DNA of 54,755 nucleotides, from positions 1 to 54,755 of the forward strand of contig JAQGDQ010002421.1 of the NCBI GenBank assembly GCA_030141605.1, written 5' to 3'. Below, piece by piece: positions 1-9,101 of the stretch (the first letter of the stretch is position 1; every line of letters starts with the position of its first letter). Origin of the DNA: Tubiluchus corallicola. Its lineage: Eukaryota > Animalia > Priapulida. The position numbers and the translations under genes are program-made. The notes below the pieces were generated by a model, which had not been told where the DNA came from, searched no databases, and saw only the letters and a list, made by a program, of their open reading frames with translations.

Positions 1-65
1 AATCGGATACAGGAATGAGAGATGCTATATCTGGAGGAGATAAATCATCAAACACCAAAAATTAG
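1..65 (+). CDS. 3' end of a gene cut by the window edge, probably flotillin-like FloA/YqfA (UPF0365)
   Basis: The frame from nt 3 reads SDTGMRDAISGGDKSSNTKN*. DTxMRxxI resembles the FloA C-terminus, but only 20 aa are visible. A terminator follows. Confidence 0.45.
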   Translation, partial: SDTGMRDAISGGDKSSNTKN

Positions 66-85
66 ATAGAGCCTGTATAGATTAT

Positions 86-135
86 TAAGCTAAAACCCCT
101 CTTTAAACATCGCTTTAAAGAGGGGTTTTAGCTTA
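86..135 (+). terminator. Long hairpin / intrinsic terminator
   Basis: Perfect 22-bp inverted repeat TAAGCTAAAACCCCTCTTTAAA-catcgc-TTTAAAGAGGGGTTTTAGCTTA just after a stop codon. Confidence 0.75.
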
Positions 136-196
136 AATAGCTTTTAAGAATTTGAAGGCATGTAAAACAAACTTTAAGAAATAAATAATATTTTGC

Positions 197-204
197 TACA
201 TTTG
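197..204 (+). promoter_or_regulatory. Bacteroidota sigma-A -7 element
   Basis: TACATTTG matches TAnnTTTG, ~30 nt upstream of the ATG at 234. Confidence 0.55.
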
Positions 205-233
205 AAAAATATTAAAAACAAAGCTCTATTACC

Positions 234-1718
234 ATGGCATTAAAGAAATTAGCAAAAGAGACGGTTATTTATGGTTTAAGTAGCGTAGTAGGGCGTGCAA
301 TAAACTTTTTACTTGTTCCTCTTTATACCTCATCAAGTGTGCTATCAGTTGCCGAAAATGGAACAATAATTACCTTATACTCTTATGTAGCTTTTTTTAA
401 TATCATTTATTTATATGGTATGGAAACTGCATATTTCAGGTTTGTGTCAAAAAATATAGGACAAAAGCAACAAATATTTCAAAACTCCTCTTCCATTGCC
501 ATTTCAAGCATTATATTCTCTCTTTGCATTGTTGTTTTTGCCCGCCCTATTGCCCATTGGATATCTATTGAAAGTGCCTCGCAGTCAATAACTTTATTAG
601 CTATTATCATTGCATTAGATTCTATTGTAGCCCTTCCATTTGCAAAATTGAGATATGAAAAGAAAGCTTTGAAATTTGCTACTTATAAGCTTATAAATAT
701 TTCTCTAAACCTTGGGTTGAATATCTTTTTCCTTGTTTTTTGCAAACAAATATATGCGACAACAGAAACAGGTGTTTTAAAGAACGTAATAAGTTGGGTA
801 TACACCCCCGAATGGAATGTTGAATATGTGTTTATATCTAATTTGATAGCGAATTCCCTATATTTATTGTTTTTTTATAAATCCATCTTTCGCATTAAAT
901 TTAAAGTTTCATGGTCACTATTAAGACAAATGTTAGCATACTCGTTGCCTCTTACAATTGTAGGCTTGGCAGGAATTGCTAATGATATGCTTTCCAGAGC
1001 AATGCTTGTCAAATGGTTGCCCAGTGGATTTTATCCAACCCACACAAGTCAAGAAGCAGTAGGTATTTTTGGAAACGTCTATAAAATAGCAGGCCTATTA
1101 GGTCTATGCATCCAAGCTTTTCGCTACGCAGCAGAACCATTTTTTTTTCTAAAATCGCAATCAAAAGATGAAAAAAGATCTTTTGCAGAAACATTTCATT
1201 ACTATGTTGTCTTTGGGTCTTTTGCTGTGCTTTTGATAAGTTTGAACTTAGATATTATTAAAATCCCAGTACTCAGAAATGAAACATACTGGGAAGGACT
1301 AAAAATAGTACCAGTTCTACTTATGGCCAATTTCTTTTTAGGTATCAATTTCAACTTTTCCATGTGGTACAAACTAAGTGGAAAAACTCAAATAGGAGCA
1401 AAAATCACCATCATAGCGGCACTGTTAACTGTTGTTGGCAATATTCTGTTTATACCTCATTTCGGGTATGAAGGTTGCGCATACATCACATTAGCAGTAT
1501 ACATATACATGAGTGTCGCAAACTATCAGTTTGGGCAAAAGCATTACCCCATCCCTTACAACCTTAAACGAGCACTCTTTTGGTTACTTACGGCTATTGT
1601 TTTTATTTTTATTGGGCTGAACGTTAATACGAGTAACGATGTGTTAAATTTTGTAATAAAGCAGTTTTTTGTTGTCCTATATCTTATTATGATTTTTGTA
1701 AAGCTTCAAAGAAAATAA
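234..1718 (+). CDS. Oligosaccharide flippase / polysaccharide biosynthesis protein (Wzx/MOP family)
   Basis: 494 aa with many TM helices. N-terminus KKLAKETVIYGLSSVVGRAINFLLVPLYT; motifs YGMETAYFRF and FRYAAEPFFF. Confidence 0.85.
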   Translation: MALKKLAKETVIYGLSSVVGRAINFLLVPLYTSSSVLSVAENGTIITLYSYVAFFNIIYLYGMETAYFRFVSKNIGQKQQIFQNSSSIAISSIIFSLCIVVFARPIAHWISIESASQSITLLAIIIALDSIVALPFAKLRYEKKALKFATYKLINISLNLGLNIFFLVFCKQIYATTETGVLKNVISWVYTPEWNVEYVFISNLIANSLYLLFFYKSIFRIKFKVSWSLLRQMLAYSLPLTIVGLAGIANDMLSRAMLVKWLPSGFYPTHTSQEAVGIFGNVYKIAGLLGLCIQAFRYAAEPFFFLKSQSKDEKRSFAETFHYYVVFGSFAVLLISLNLDIIKIPVLRNETYWEGLKIVPVLLMANFFLGINFNFSMWYKLSGKTQIGAKITIIAALLTVVGNILFIPHFGYEGCAYITLAVYIYMSVANYQFGQKHYPIPYNLKRALFWLLTAIVFIFIGLNVNTSNDVLNFVIKQFFVVLYLIMIFVKLQRK

Positions 1719-1838
1719 ATTATATTTTTTGGAAAAAAGATTTTTTTTTATAGATTCGCATTAAATGGGGTATATTTACTTAAAAGGCACGGTTATTGAT
1801 AAGTCTAAATATTATATGTTTTAGTAAATACTAAGAAA

Positions 1839-2753
1839 ATGTTATTGCAAGAAAAAAATAAACTTATACTTGAGCAAGTGAAAAATGCAGTAGTTTTAAT
1901 AACTATAACAATAGTAATTATTCTCAGTAGTGCGTTTAACGCAAATGCACAAGAAGAGCTAGATAAGAAGATGTTGAAAGACTTGAAGAAAGAATTAAAA
2001 AATTTATTAAAAAACCCATCAGAATATCATTATGGATTAATAATTCCTTTAGAAGAAGCAAAAGATCAAAATGCGAAAGATAGGAAAGAGATATCTACGC
2101 TTAAAAGGAAGGTGCAAAGCCTACAAAAAGAACTTAAAGCGCAAACCTCTAACCTATCCACACAAGAAGGCGAGCTTGATGAAATTAAAACATCACTTGC
2201 AGGTAAGGACCAAAAAATCGCAAATCTATCTAGTGAAAATAGAACGTTAAGACAAAAAATACAGAGTTTAGAAAGCCAAATGGCAGCAAAGCCAGAGAAG
2301 GACGATGGCGATGATGATAATGGTGAGGGCGGTTATGATCTGTTTCCAATGGGAGGAGGCTTTATGATGGGTGGCGGATACCCAACGCCTTATTCACAGC
2401 AAAACTACCTACAGTTTCCAGGATGGACTGCCAATTATGGCGGGTATCCAATGGGAAATGGAGCGCCGAATTATTTTGGAGAAGTACTGTTTAAAGTGCA
2501 AATGGGAGCATTTAGAGATGATAGAGAACTATCAAGATATTTGTGTGATTTGAATTTGAGTAGCGGTTTAGAAATTGTGCGTGAAGGAGGATATTGTAGT
2601 GTGACGTTGGGCTCTTTTACATACTATAAGGACGCAGATGAATTCAAGAAACGCCTCAGAACAATGGGATTTAGAGACGCATGGATTGTTCCTTATAGAT
2701 TTGGTAGAAGAATCTCTATGGAAGAGGCACTAAGCTTAATAAGATATTATTAA
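1839..2753 (+). CDS. Secreted coiled-coil protein with C-terminal SPOR-like domain
   Basis: Signal peptide ending ANA-Q, long heptad-like K/E/L region, and C-terminal FKVQMGAF...LGSF..YKDADEFKKRLRTMGFRDAWIVPY typical of SPOR-like domains. Confidence 0.7.
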   Translation: MLLQEKNKLILEQVKNAVVLITITIVIILSSAFNANAQEELDKKMLKDLKKELKNLLKNPSEYHYGLIIPLEEAKDQNAKDRKEISTLKRKVQSLQKELKAQTSNLSTQEGELDEIKTSLAGKDQKIANLSSENRTLRQKIQSLESQMAAKPEKDDGDDDNGEGGYDLFPMGGGFMMGGGYPTPYSQQNYLQFPGWTANYGGYPMGNGAPNYFGEVLFKVQMGAFRDDRELSRYLCDLNLSSGLEIVREGGYCSVTLGSFTYYKDADEFKKRLRTMGFRDAWIVPYRFGRRISMEEALSLIRYY

Positions 2754-2761
2754 GACTAAGG

Positions 2762-3170
2762 TTAGGCTATTTTATATACTTTCTTTAACTTCTTGGCATC
2801 TAATAACGTTACCTTTTTTTGTGCCATTTAAAATTCCTTCACATTGAAATTGCTTGAGGGTACGAGAAACCGCTTTCTTGAAACATATTTGTTAAGCTCC
2901 CTAACCCCTGCACCATTAGTTATTGCTTTCAATGAGTAGCGCCATGTGTCACCATAAAACAACCTTGAGTTTCCTTGGAACTAATATTAGAAATAATTAA
3001 ACTGACGCTATCAAAGCATTTTTTATACAGTTTTACATAGCCATCTAAAATGATTGTGATGTGAGTTATTGGAGTGTTTTATCAAACATAGTATCGCTCT
3101 TAACAAAACGTACTCCATAGGAATGCCGATTGAATTCTTATTGTCCTTTTGGAGAAAGAAAATCAAAAAT
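2762..3170 (-). pseudogene. Decayed Crp/Fnr-family transcriptional regulator
   Basis: Minus-strand fragments in shifting frames: IFDFLSPKGQ*EFNRHSYGVRFVKSDTMF / NTPITHITIILDGYVKLYKK / FYGDTWRYSLKAIT / VSRTLKQFQCEGIL / VTLLDAKKLKKVYKIA*. These give a cNMP-binding-like domain plus a Crp HTH end, with an in-frame stop, several frameshifts and a missing middle. Confidence 0.7.
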
Positions 3171-3269
3171 ATCGTGTTAATTTATTGACTTGTTTAAATT
3201 GTTTCTTATATTGTGTCATATTTAATGTTTAACTTTAATTGTTGCTTGCAACCACTAAAAAATTGTTTC

Positions 3270-3617
3270 ATGAAAATAAGTGGATATTTGTTACTCTTTT
3301 CTGTTGCGCTGTCTTTTTCGGCATGCCAATATGGTATTATACCAGAAATAAAAGAAATAGATACGGAGATTTCCTTTGTTAATGACATAGTCCCTATATT
3401 AAATAAGAATTGTGTTTCTTGTCATGATGGTTCAAGAAAGCCTGATTTAAGAGAAAGCAAAGCTTACACCTCATTAGTCCCTGAGTATGTTGTGTCAGGT
3501 AATGCAGATGAAAGTAAGTTTTATACTATACTGAATGATACACACGAAGATAAAGCAAATGCTAGCGAAAGAACCCAAATTCTTTCGTGGATTAATCAAG
3601 GAGCAAAAAACAATTAA
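3270..3617 (+). CDS. Monoheme cytochrome c lipoprotein
   Basis: Likely start is the ATG at 3270. Lipobox FSAC, SFxxDIxPI, one CVSCH, C-terminal WINQGAKNN. Confidence 0.8.
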   Translation: MKISGYLLLFSVALSFSACQYGIIPEIKEIDTEISFVNDIVPILNKNCVSCHDGSRKPDLRESKAYTSLVPEYVVSGNADESKFYTILNDTHEDKANASERTQILSWINQGAKNN

Positions 3618-3650
3618 TCTTAATTTAAAGTTGTTAGAAACAAGAAACAT

Positions 3651-4541
3651 ATGATTATGAAATCATTACTCGCCATATTATTAGCATTGTTTATCAGTTT
3701 TCCATTGTTAGCGCAAGAAGAGCAAGAAGCAATAGAAGTAGACGATATGACAAACGGACCTGTATCGAATACATTTGAGACAGGCTATGTTTTTGAAACG
3801 CAGACAGTAGAAATGCCATTTGAAAGGGAGTGGGAGCTACATGTTATTCATAGGTTTAGCACGATAGAAAATGGGTTTTCTGATGTTTTTGGGATTTATG
3901 GATCAGCCAATATCAAATTAGGGCTTAACTATGGTCTTAGAGATGACATCATGGTGGGAGTAGGTTATACGCAAGCCTACAAACAATTAGAACTACACAC
4001 TAAATGGAGGCCATTAGTCCAGACAAATGATTGTTCTGTGCCTGTTTCTGTGGCACTTTATGGAAATCTTGCTATCAGTTTGCTAGATAAAAATGACTTT
4101 GGGGCTAATTACACTCATGCAAACAGGTTGGCTTATTTTAGTCAATTGATCGTTGCTCACAAAGTTAACGACATATTTTCCTTGCAAGCAGCAGGCAGTT
4201 TTGCACACATCAACAGGTTAGATACATTGGTGGAACATGATAAAGTCTCTCTTACGTTTTTAGGCAGAGCCCAAATTACACAGTCATTAGGAATATATGC
4301 CGAATATGATTTGCCCTTGCACATTAGCAACATGGAAGAGTATAAAACAACAGCAGAAGGATTACAACAACCCTTCTCTAATCTATCGTTTGGAGTAGAA
4401 ATAGGAACATCAACGCATGCATTTCAAATATTTATGACAACCTTTGACAAAATAACCCCTGCCAGAAACGCAATATCTAATCAGAATGATTTTTTAGCAG
4501 GAGAATTAAGGTTTGGTTTTAATATTTTGATACGGCTTTAA
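3651..4541 (+). CDS. DUF5777-family outer-membrane beta-barrel protein
   Basis: Signal peptide, QTVE..., HRF motif, amphipathic beta strands, GVEIGTSTHAFQIF, terminal FGFNILIRL. Confidence 0.75.
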   Translation: MIMKSLLAILLALFISFPLLAQEEQEAIEVDDMTNGPVSNTFETGYVFETQTVEMPFEREWELHVIHRFSTIENGFSDVFGIYGSANIKLGLNYGLRDDIMVGVGYTQAYKQLELHTKWRPLVQTNDCSVPVSVALYGNLAISLLDKNDFGANYTHANRLAYFSQLIVAHKVNDIFSLQAAGSFAHINRLDTLVEHDKVSLTFLGRAQITQSLGIYAEYDLPLHISNMEEYKTTAEGLQQPFSNLSFGVEIGTSTHAFQIFMTTFDKITPARNAISNQNDFLAGELRFGFNILIRL

Positions 4542-4591
4542 TAAAGAATATATCAATAACAGTAACATAAATTAAAAACAAACAACAAAAA

Positions 4592-4993
4592 ATGAAAAAA
4601 AATTTCTTAAAAATAGGCCTATTGCTACTCTTAGGGATAGCACCATTGTTAGTTAGTGCCCAACAAAAAAAAGGAGCAGCATGGCGAATTCCTGCACAGT
4701 ATAAAAATATGAAAATGATGCCATCCACTGACGTAAACAAAGGTAAAATGCTTTATAACAAACACTGCAAATCTTGTCATGGAACTAGAGGAAAAGGCGA
4801 TGGAGTAAAAGCAAGAAGATTGAAAACAGGTCTTGATGATTTTACTTCTAACAATTTTAAGAAAGCATACTCTGACGGTGAGCTTTACTATATGTCTATC
4901 ATAGGTAGAGATGAAATGCCTAATTATGAGACAAAAATACCAGTGAAGAAAGATCGTTGGAATGTAATTGCTTACATTAAGTCGCTTGAATAA
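4592..4993 (+). CDS. Periplasmic monoheme class I cytochrome c
   Basis: Signal peptide, GKMLYNKHCKSCHG..GKGDG, SDGELYY..GR.EMP (distal Met), W.VIAYIKSL. Confidence 0.85.
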   Translation: MKKNFLKIGLLLLLGIAPLLVSAQQKKGAAWRIPAQYKNMKMMPSTDVNKGKMLYNKHCKSCHGTRGKGDGVKARRLKTGLDDFTSNNFKKAYSDGELYYMSIIGRDEMPNYETKIPVKKDRWNVIAYIKSLE

Positions 4994-5009
4994 GAAGAAA
5001 AATATTTAA

Positions 5010-6011
5010 ATGATAAAAAAACATTTTATATTATTCTTTCTCTTTTTTATCTGCTATGCCGCTTTTAGTAGTAACGTTGTTGAAGACAGCAGTGTTGTTA
5101 AAAAATGGATAGGGATAGACACTAGCTATATGTTAGAGGTAAAAGCGATGAATGAGCAAACTTGTACAAAATGCCATGGACACGCTACAGTTGAAATCAA
5201 TAATCCTATTACAGGAGCAGAGGAATCAAAACAACTAAAAGAACACCACATAATAGATAGCAATCTTTTTTATAGTGGAGTACATTACAGTTTTGAATGT
5301 ACAGACTGCCATAGTTCTGATTATGAAGAGTATCCGCATATGGAGGAGTTGAGTGAATATGCAGAGCATTATACTTGTTTAGATTGCCACGAAGGAGATG
5401 AAGAATATGCACACTATAACTTTGAAAAAATCCATGAAGAATTCAGTAAGAGTGTGCATGCAAGGAGAGCAGAAAAAAAAGGTAAAGAATTTTCGTGTTG
5501 GAACTGCCATAATCCACACGGTTATAGACCATTGGCAAGAGAAGGCGAAGAAATCAAAAGCATTGTAGGGCACAACAACGCTATATGTATGAAATGTCAC
5601 TCCCTTGAAGGCAGGGGTAAGCGGAAAGGAGTATTAGCAAAACATAGCAATGAAGTCCCTAATTTTAATTTACATCTTCAATCTGTGAGATGTATAGAGT
5701 GCCATACGCAAGCGGAAAGCGATATTATGGTTAGTCACAATGTTTTGACTAAAGAAAGTGAAGCGGTAACCTCTTGTGTTAAGTGCCACTCAGAAAATTC
5801 AATTTTATTTACATCTCTATATAGATATATAAGTCATGAAAACAGAACAGAAAAAGGCTTTTTGAACTCTGTTATTCTTAATGATGTGTATGTTATTGGA
5901 GCTAATAGAAATAAAATCATCAATAGAATTTGTGTTTTATTATTTGGAATAACAATGCTTGGTATTTTTATACATGCCATAAAGCGTGCTATAATTAAAA
6001 CAAAAAAATAA
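5010..6011 (+). CDS. Heptaheme cytochrome c with C-terminal membrane anchor (CbcA-like architecture)
   Basis: Signal peptide; 7 CxxCH motifs (CTKCH, CTDCH, CLDCH, CWNCH, CMKCH, CIECH, CVKCH); YVIGANR followed by a C-terminal TM helix containing His. Confidence 0.85.
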   Translation: MIKKHFILFFLFFICYAAFSSNVVEDSSVVKKWIGIDTSYMLEVKAMNEQTCTKCHGHATVEINNPITGAEESKQLKEHHIIDSNLFYSGVHYSFECTDCHSSDYEEYPHMEELSEYAEHYTCLDCHEGDEEYAHYNFEKIHEEFSKSVHARRAEKKGKEFSCWNCHNPHGYRPLAREGEEIKSIVGHNNAICMKCHSLEGRGKRKGVLAKHSNEVPNFNLHLQSVRCIECHTQAESDIMVSHNVLTKESEAVTSCVKCHSENSILFTSLYRYISHENRTEKGFLNSVILNDVYVIGANRNKIINRICVLLFGITMLGIFIHAIKRAIIKTKK

Positions 6012-6632
6012 ATGGGGAAAACTTACTATTTATATCCAATTTGGGTGAGAGTATGGCACGGAATTAATGCCATAATGTTTTTGACGCTTTTGCTTACAGG
6101 TCTGAGTATGCAGTTTTCTGCGTTGAACAATCCCATTATAATCAATTTTAAGACGGCTGTTACTTTGCACAATATAGCAGGAATAACAATATCAATCAAC
6201 TATCTGATATTTTTGCTAGGAAACATATTGACTAATAATAAGAAATTTTATAAAATAGATATTAAAACAATAGTTACAGATGTCAAGCAACAATTAAGCT
6301 ATTATTTATCAGGAATGTTTAAACATGAAAAGCCACCTTTTCCTATCAATGAAAATAGAAAATTCAATCCATTACAAAAAATTGCTTATGTAAAAGTAAT
6401 GTATGTCTTTTTGCCAATAGGAATTATTACAGGAATGGCACTTCTTTTTCCTGAAATAATAGCAAAAAAAATGTTTGGGGTAGGTGGGCTATTGCTAACA
6501 TCAATGATGCACACATTGGCAAATTTCTTTTTGAGCATTTTTCTTGTAGTACATATATATTTTTGCACTATGGGAAAAACACCAATAAGCAATTTTAAAA
6601 GCATTATTAATGGAAAGCACGAAACACATTAA
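6012..6632 (+). CDS. Di-heme cytochrome b (Ni_hydr_CYTB / PhsC / CbcB-like membrane subunit)
   Basis: YPIWVRVWHGINA, LHNIAG, KFNPLQKIAY, MH...VVHIY. Four TM helices with four His ligands; starts immediately after the upstream stop. Confidence 0.85.
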   Translation: MGKTYYLYPIWVRVWHGINAIMFLTLLLTGLSMQFSALNNPIIINFKTAVTLHNIAGITISINYLIFLLGNILTNNKKFYKIDIKTIVTDVKQQLSYYLSGMFKHEKPPFPINENRKFNPLQKIAYVKVMYVFLPIGIITGMALLFPEIIAKKMFGVGGLLLTSMMHTLANFFLSIFLVVHIYFCTMGKTPISNFKSIINGKHETH

Positions 6633-6659
6633 ATTAAATAAACTTAAATCATTATAATT

Positions 6660-7772
6660 ATGAAGACAAGAACATTTTATTGTTTATTTTCTTTTGCAGC
6701 GAGTATAATATTTGTTATGACTTCCTGCGTAAAGGAGGGCCCTGTAGGAGAGGCTGGAACAGAGGTGTGTAATAGTTGCCATGGAGCAGCTTCAGGATCA
6801 AAATCATTGGTGACAAGAACAACAGAGCTATTTCAAGCGTCAGGGCATGGAGACTACGGATCAGGACATCGTGGTGGAAGTGGGGAGGCAGCGTTTTATG
6901 TAAGAAGTGGCTCTAGTTGTATGGGGTGCCATAGCCATGAAGGAGCACAAGTAGCATTCGAAACCGGTTCTCCTTATAATCTTCCTGACGAAGTTCTAGA
7001 TGGAACAGTGTCAAAAATGACTTGTGCAACTTGTCATAATGTACATGATAAATATACCGTAGAGGATGATCTTGCTGTAAGACACTTTGAAGGAGAAATA
7101 ACATTTGCAGCAAACAACACAGAGTCAGCAGACTTTGGAACGGACAATAATTGTGCTCTTTGTCATCAATTAAGAGAAGGAAAAGCTGCACCTGATAAAA
7201 ACACTCCTGGAGAAGATATTACATGGACGGGGACACACTATGGAATGGCTGCTAATGTGTTTGCATATGGTGGTGGAACAGAGTTTGAGGGAACTTTGAA
7301 TTATCCTGCTTCTAATAAGCATGAAGGCATTTCTTGTACAGCTTGTCACTTAACTAAGCCACAAGGCACAGAAGGAGGGCATACGTTTAAAGTGAATTAT
7401 GACAATGCTTGTAGTGGTTGTCATTCAGACTATGAAGTTATGTTGGCAAATTATGAAGCAAAAATAACTCCGAAGGTAGAGGCTATAAAAACGGCATTGG
7501 TAGCTCTTGGTTATGAAGACCCTGAGAATGCAGGGGAATATAAGGAACCACCTACATTTGGCGGTGCTACACCTCAAAGCAATATAATAGAAATAGGCAC
7601 AATGTATAATCTTGCTTTATATATAGATGATTTTTCTAGAGGGATTCACAATCCTGGATATTTTGATATTTTATTGACAAATACACAAGAAAAAGTAGAG
7701 GAAATAACTCTTGCAGCTCGTGAAGACACTAAGTATGCAAGTGTTATAAAATTGAAGGAATTGAACCAATAA
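6660..7772 (+). CDS. Hexaheme cytochrome c lipoprotein
   Basis: Lipobox MTSC followed by EGPVGEAG. Six CxxCH motifs (CNSCH, CMGCH, CATCH, CALCH, CTACH, CSGCH) and no CxxCK. C-terminal DDFSRGIHNPGY motif. Confidence 0.85.
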   Translation: MKTRTFYCLFSFAASIIFVMTSCVKEGPVGEAGTEVCNSCHGAASGSKSLVTRTTELFQASGHGDYGSGHRGGSGEAAFYVRSGSSCMGCHSHEGAQVAFETGSPYNLPDEVLDGTVSKMTCATCHNVHDKYTVEDDLAVRHFEGEITFAANNTESADFGTDNNCALCHQLREGKAAPDKNTPGEDITWTGTHYGMAANVFAYGGGTEFEGTLNYPASNKHEGISCTACHLTKPQGTEGGHTFKVNYDNACSGCHSDYEVMLANYEAKITPKVEAIKTALVALGYEDPENAGEYKEPPTFGGATPQSNIIEIGTMYNLALYIDDFSRGIHNPGYFDILLTNTQEKVEEITLAAREDTKYASVIKLKELNQ

Positions 7773-7823
7773 ACCTCTATAGATTAGGTTGTTAGTTAAA
7801 CTCTAACCAAACGACTATATAAG

Positions 7824-7875
7824 AAAAAAAAGAGTTCTAAAATTAGATTTTTTGTAATTTTAGAACTCTTTTTTT
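7824..7875 (+). terminator. Intrinsic terminator closing the cytochrome operon
   Basis: AAAAAAAAGAGTTCTAAAATTA-loop-TAATTTTAGAACTCTTTTTTT inverted repeat with A and T tails. Confidence 0.8.
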
Positions 7876-8008
7876 ATTTCCCAAAAACATATAATCCACC
7901 AGTGAAGTTTAATTTTATGGATTTAAACATTTGTATTTTTAATTGCTTTAAAGATAAGATATGTTTTAATTTGTAAAGGTTTTATCCATAATGTTTTGAA
8001 ATTAAAAA

Positions 8009-9037
8009 ATGAGAGAGGATTATTTGAACGCAAATACTGACAAGCTATCTGCTAGAGAAAAGGAATTTGAAAAATCTCTTAGACCTCTTTATTTTAATGA
8101 TTTTTCAGGGCAACAGAAAGTATTGGAGAATCTTAAGATTTTTGTAACGGCAGCAAACAAACGAAATGAACCTCTTGACCATATTCTTTTACACGGACCA
8201 CCTGGGTTAGGTAAGACGACACTTGCTAACGTTATTGCCAACGAATTGCACTCTAATTTAAAAACAACGTCAGGACCTGTGCTGGAAAAGCCAAGCGACT
8301 TGGCGGGGCTCTTGACAGGATTAGAAAGGGGAGATGTGCTTTTTGTGGATGAAATACACAGATTAAATCCCATAATAGAAGAGTATTTGTACTCCGCAAT
8401 GGAAGATTATAAAATAGACATTATGTTGGAGAGCGGCCCCAATGCCCGCTCTGTGCAAATCTCTTTAAGCCCCTTTACATTAGTAGGGGCCACAACTCGT
8501 ACGGGGCTTTTAACAGCACCACTGAGGTCTCGATTTGGTATTAATGCACGGTTAGAGTATTATGACGCTAACATTTTGCAAAAAATCGTCATAAGAGCAT
8601 CAAACATTTTAAAGCTAAAAATAAAAGACGATGCAGCATTTGAAATAGCAAGACGAAGTAGAGGAACCCCAAGAATTGCTAATAATTTATTGAGAAGGAC
8701 AAGAGATTTTGCCGAAGTGAAAGGAACAGGAACAATTACAAAGCCAATTGCCAAGATGGCATTAGAGGCTTTAGAAGTGGATGAGTATGGTCTTGACAAA
8801 ATGGATAATCATATTCTTAGAACAATAATTCAAAAATTTGGCGGCGGACCTGTTGGCATTTCTACTATTGCCACTGCTTGTGGAGAAGAAGCCGAAACTA
8901 TTGAAGAAGTATACGAGCCATTCTTAATTCAAGAAGGATATATGAAAAGAACAACCCGAGGAAGGGAGGCAACAGAATTGGCTTATAAGCACTTGAATGT
9001 AACCCCTCCAAATAAAATGGATGATTTATTTATGTAA
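8009..9037 (+). CDS. ruvB: Holliday junction branch migration helicase RuvB
   Basis: [54 protein letters not shown]. Confidence 0.97.
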   Translation: MREDYLNANTDKLSAREKEFEKSLRPLYFNDFSGQQKVLENLKIFVTAANKRNEPLDHILLHGPPGLGKTTLANVIANELHSNLKTTSGPVLEKPSDLAGLLTGLERGDVLFVDEIHRLNPIIEEYLYSAMEDYKIDIMLESGPNARSVQISLSPFTLVGATTRTGLLTAPLRSRFGINARLEYYDANILQKIVIRASNILKLKIKDDAAFEIARRSRGTPRIANNLLRRTRDFAEVKGTGTITKPIAKMALEALEVDEYGLDKMDNHILRTIIQKFGGGPVGISTIATACGEEAETIEEVYEPFLIQEGYMKRTTRGREATELAYKHLNVTPPNKMDDLFM

Positions 9038-9101
9038 TTAATTATAAAAAACCTTAAGCGATACAAAACTGTATTACTCAAATTACATATCATTTTTTTA
9101 T

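Noticed and set aside
3185-3200. FNR box upstream of the cytochrome operon
   Set aside because: TTGAC-N4-TTAAA matches only one half-site and overlaps a plausible -33 element; too weak in AT-rich DNA.
6660-7772. NrfA nitrite reductase
   Set aside because: No CxxCK motif, six hemes rather than five, and no nrfH-like tetraheme partner.
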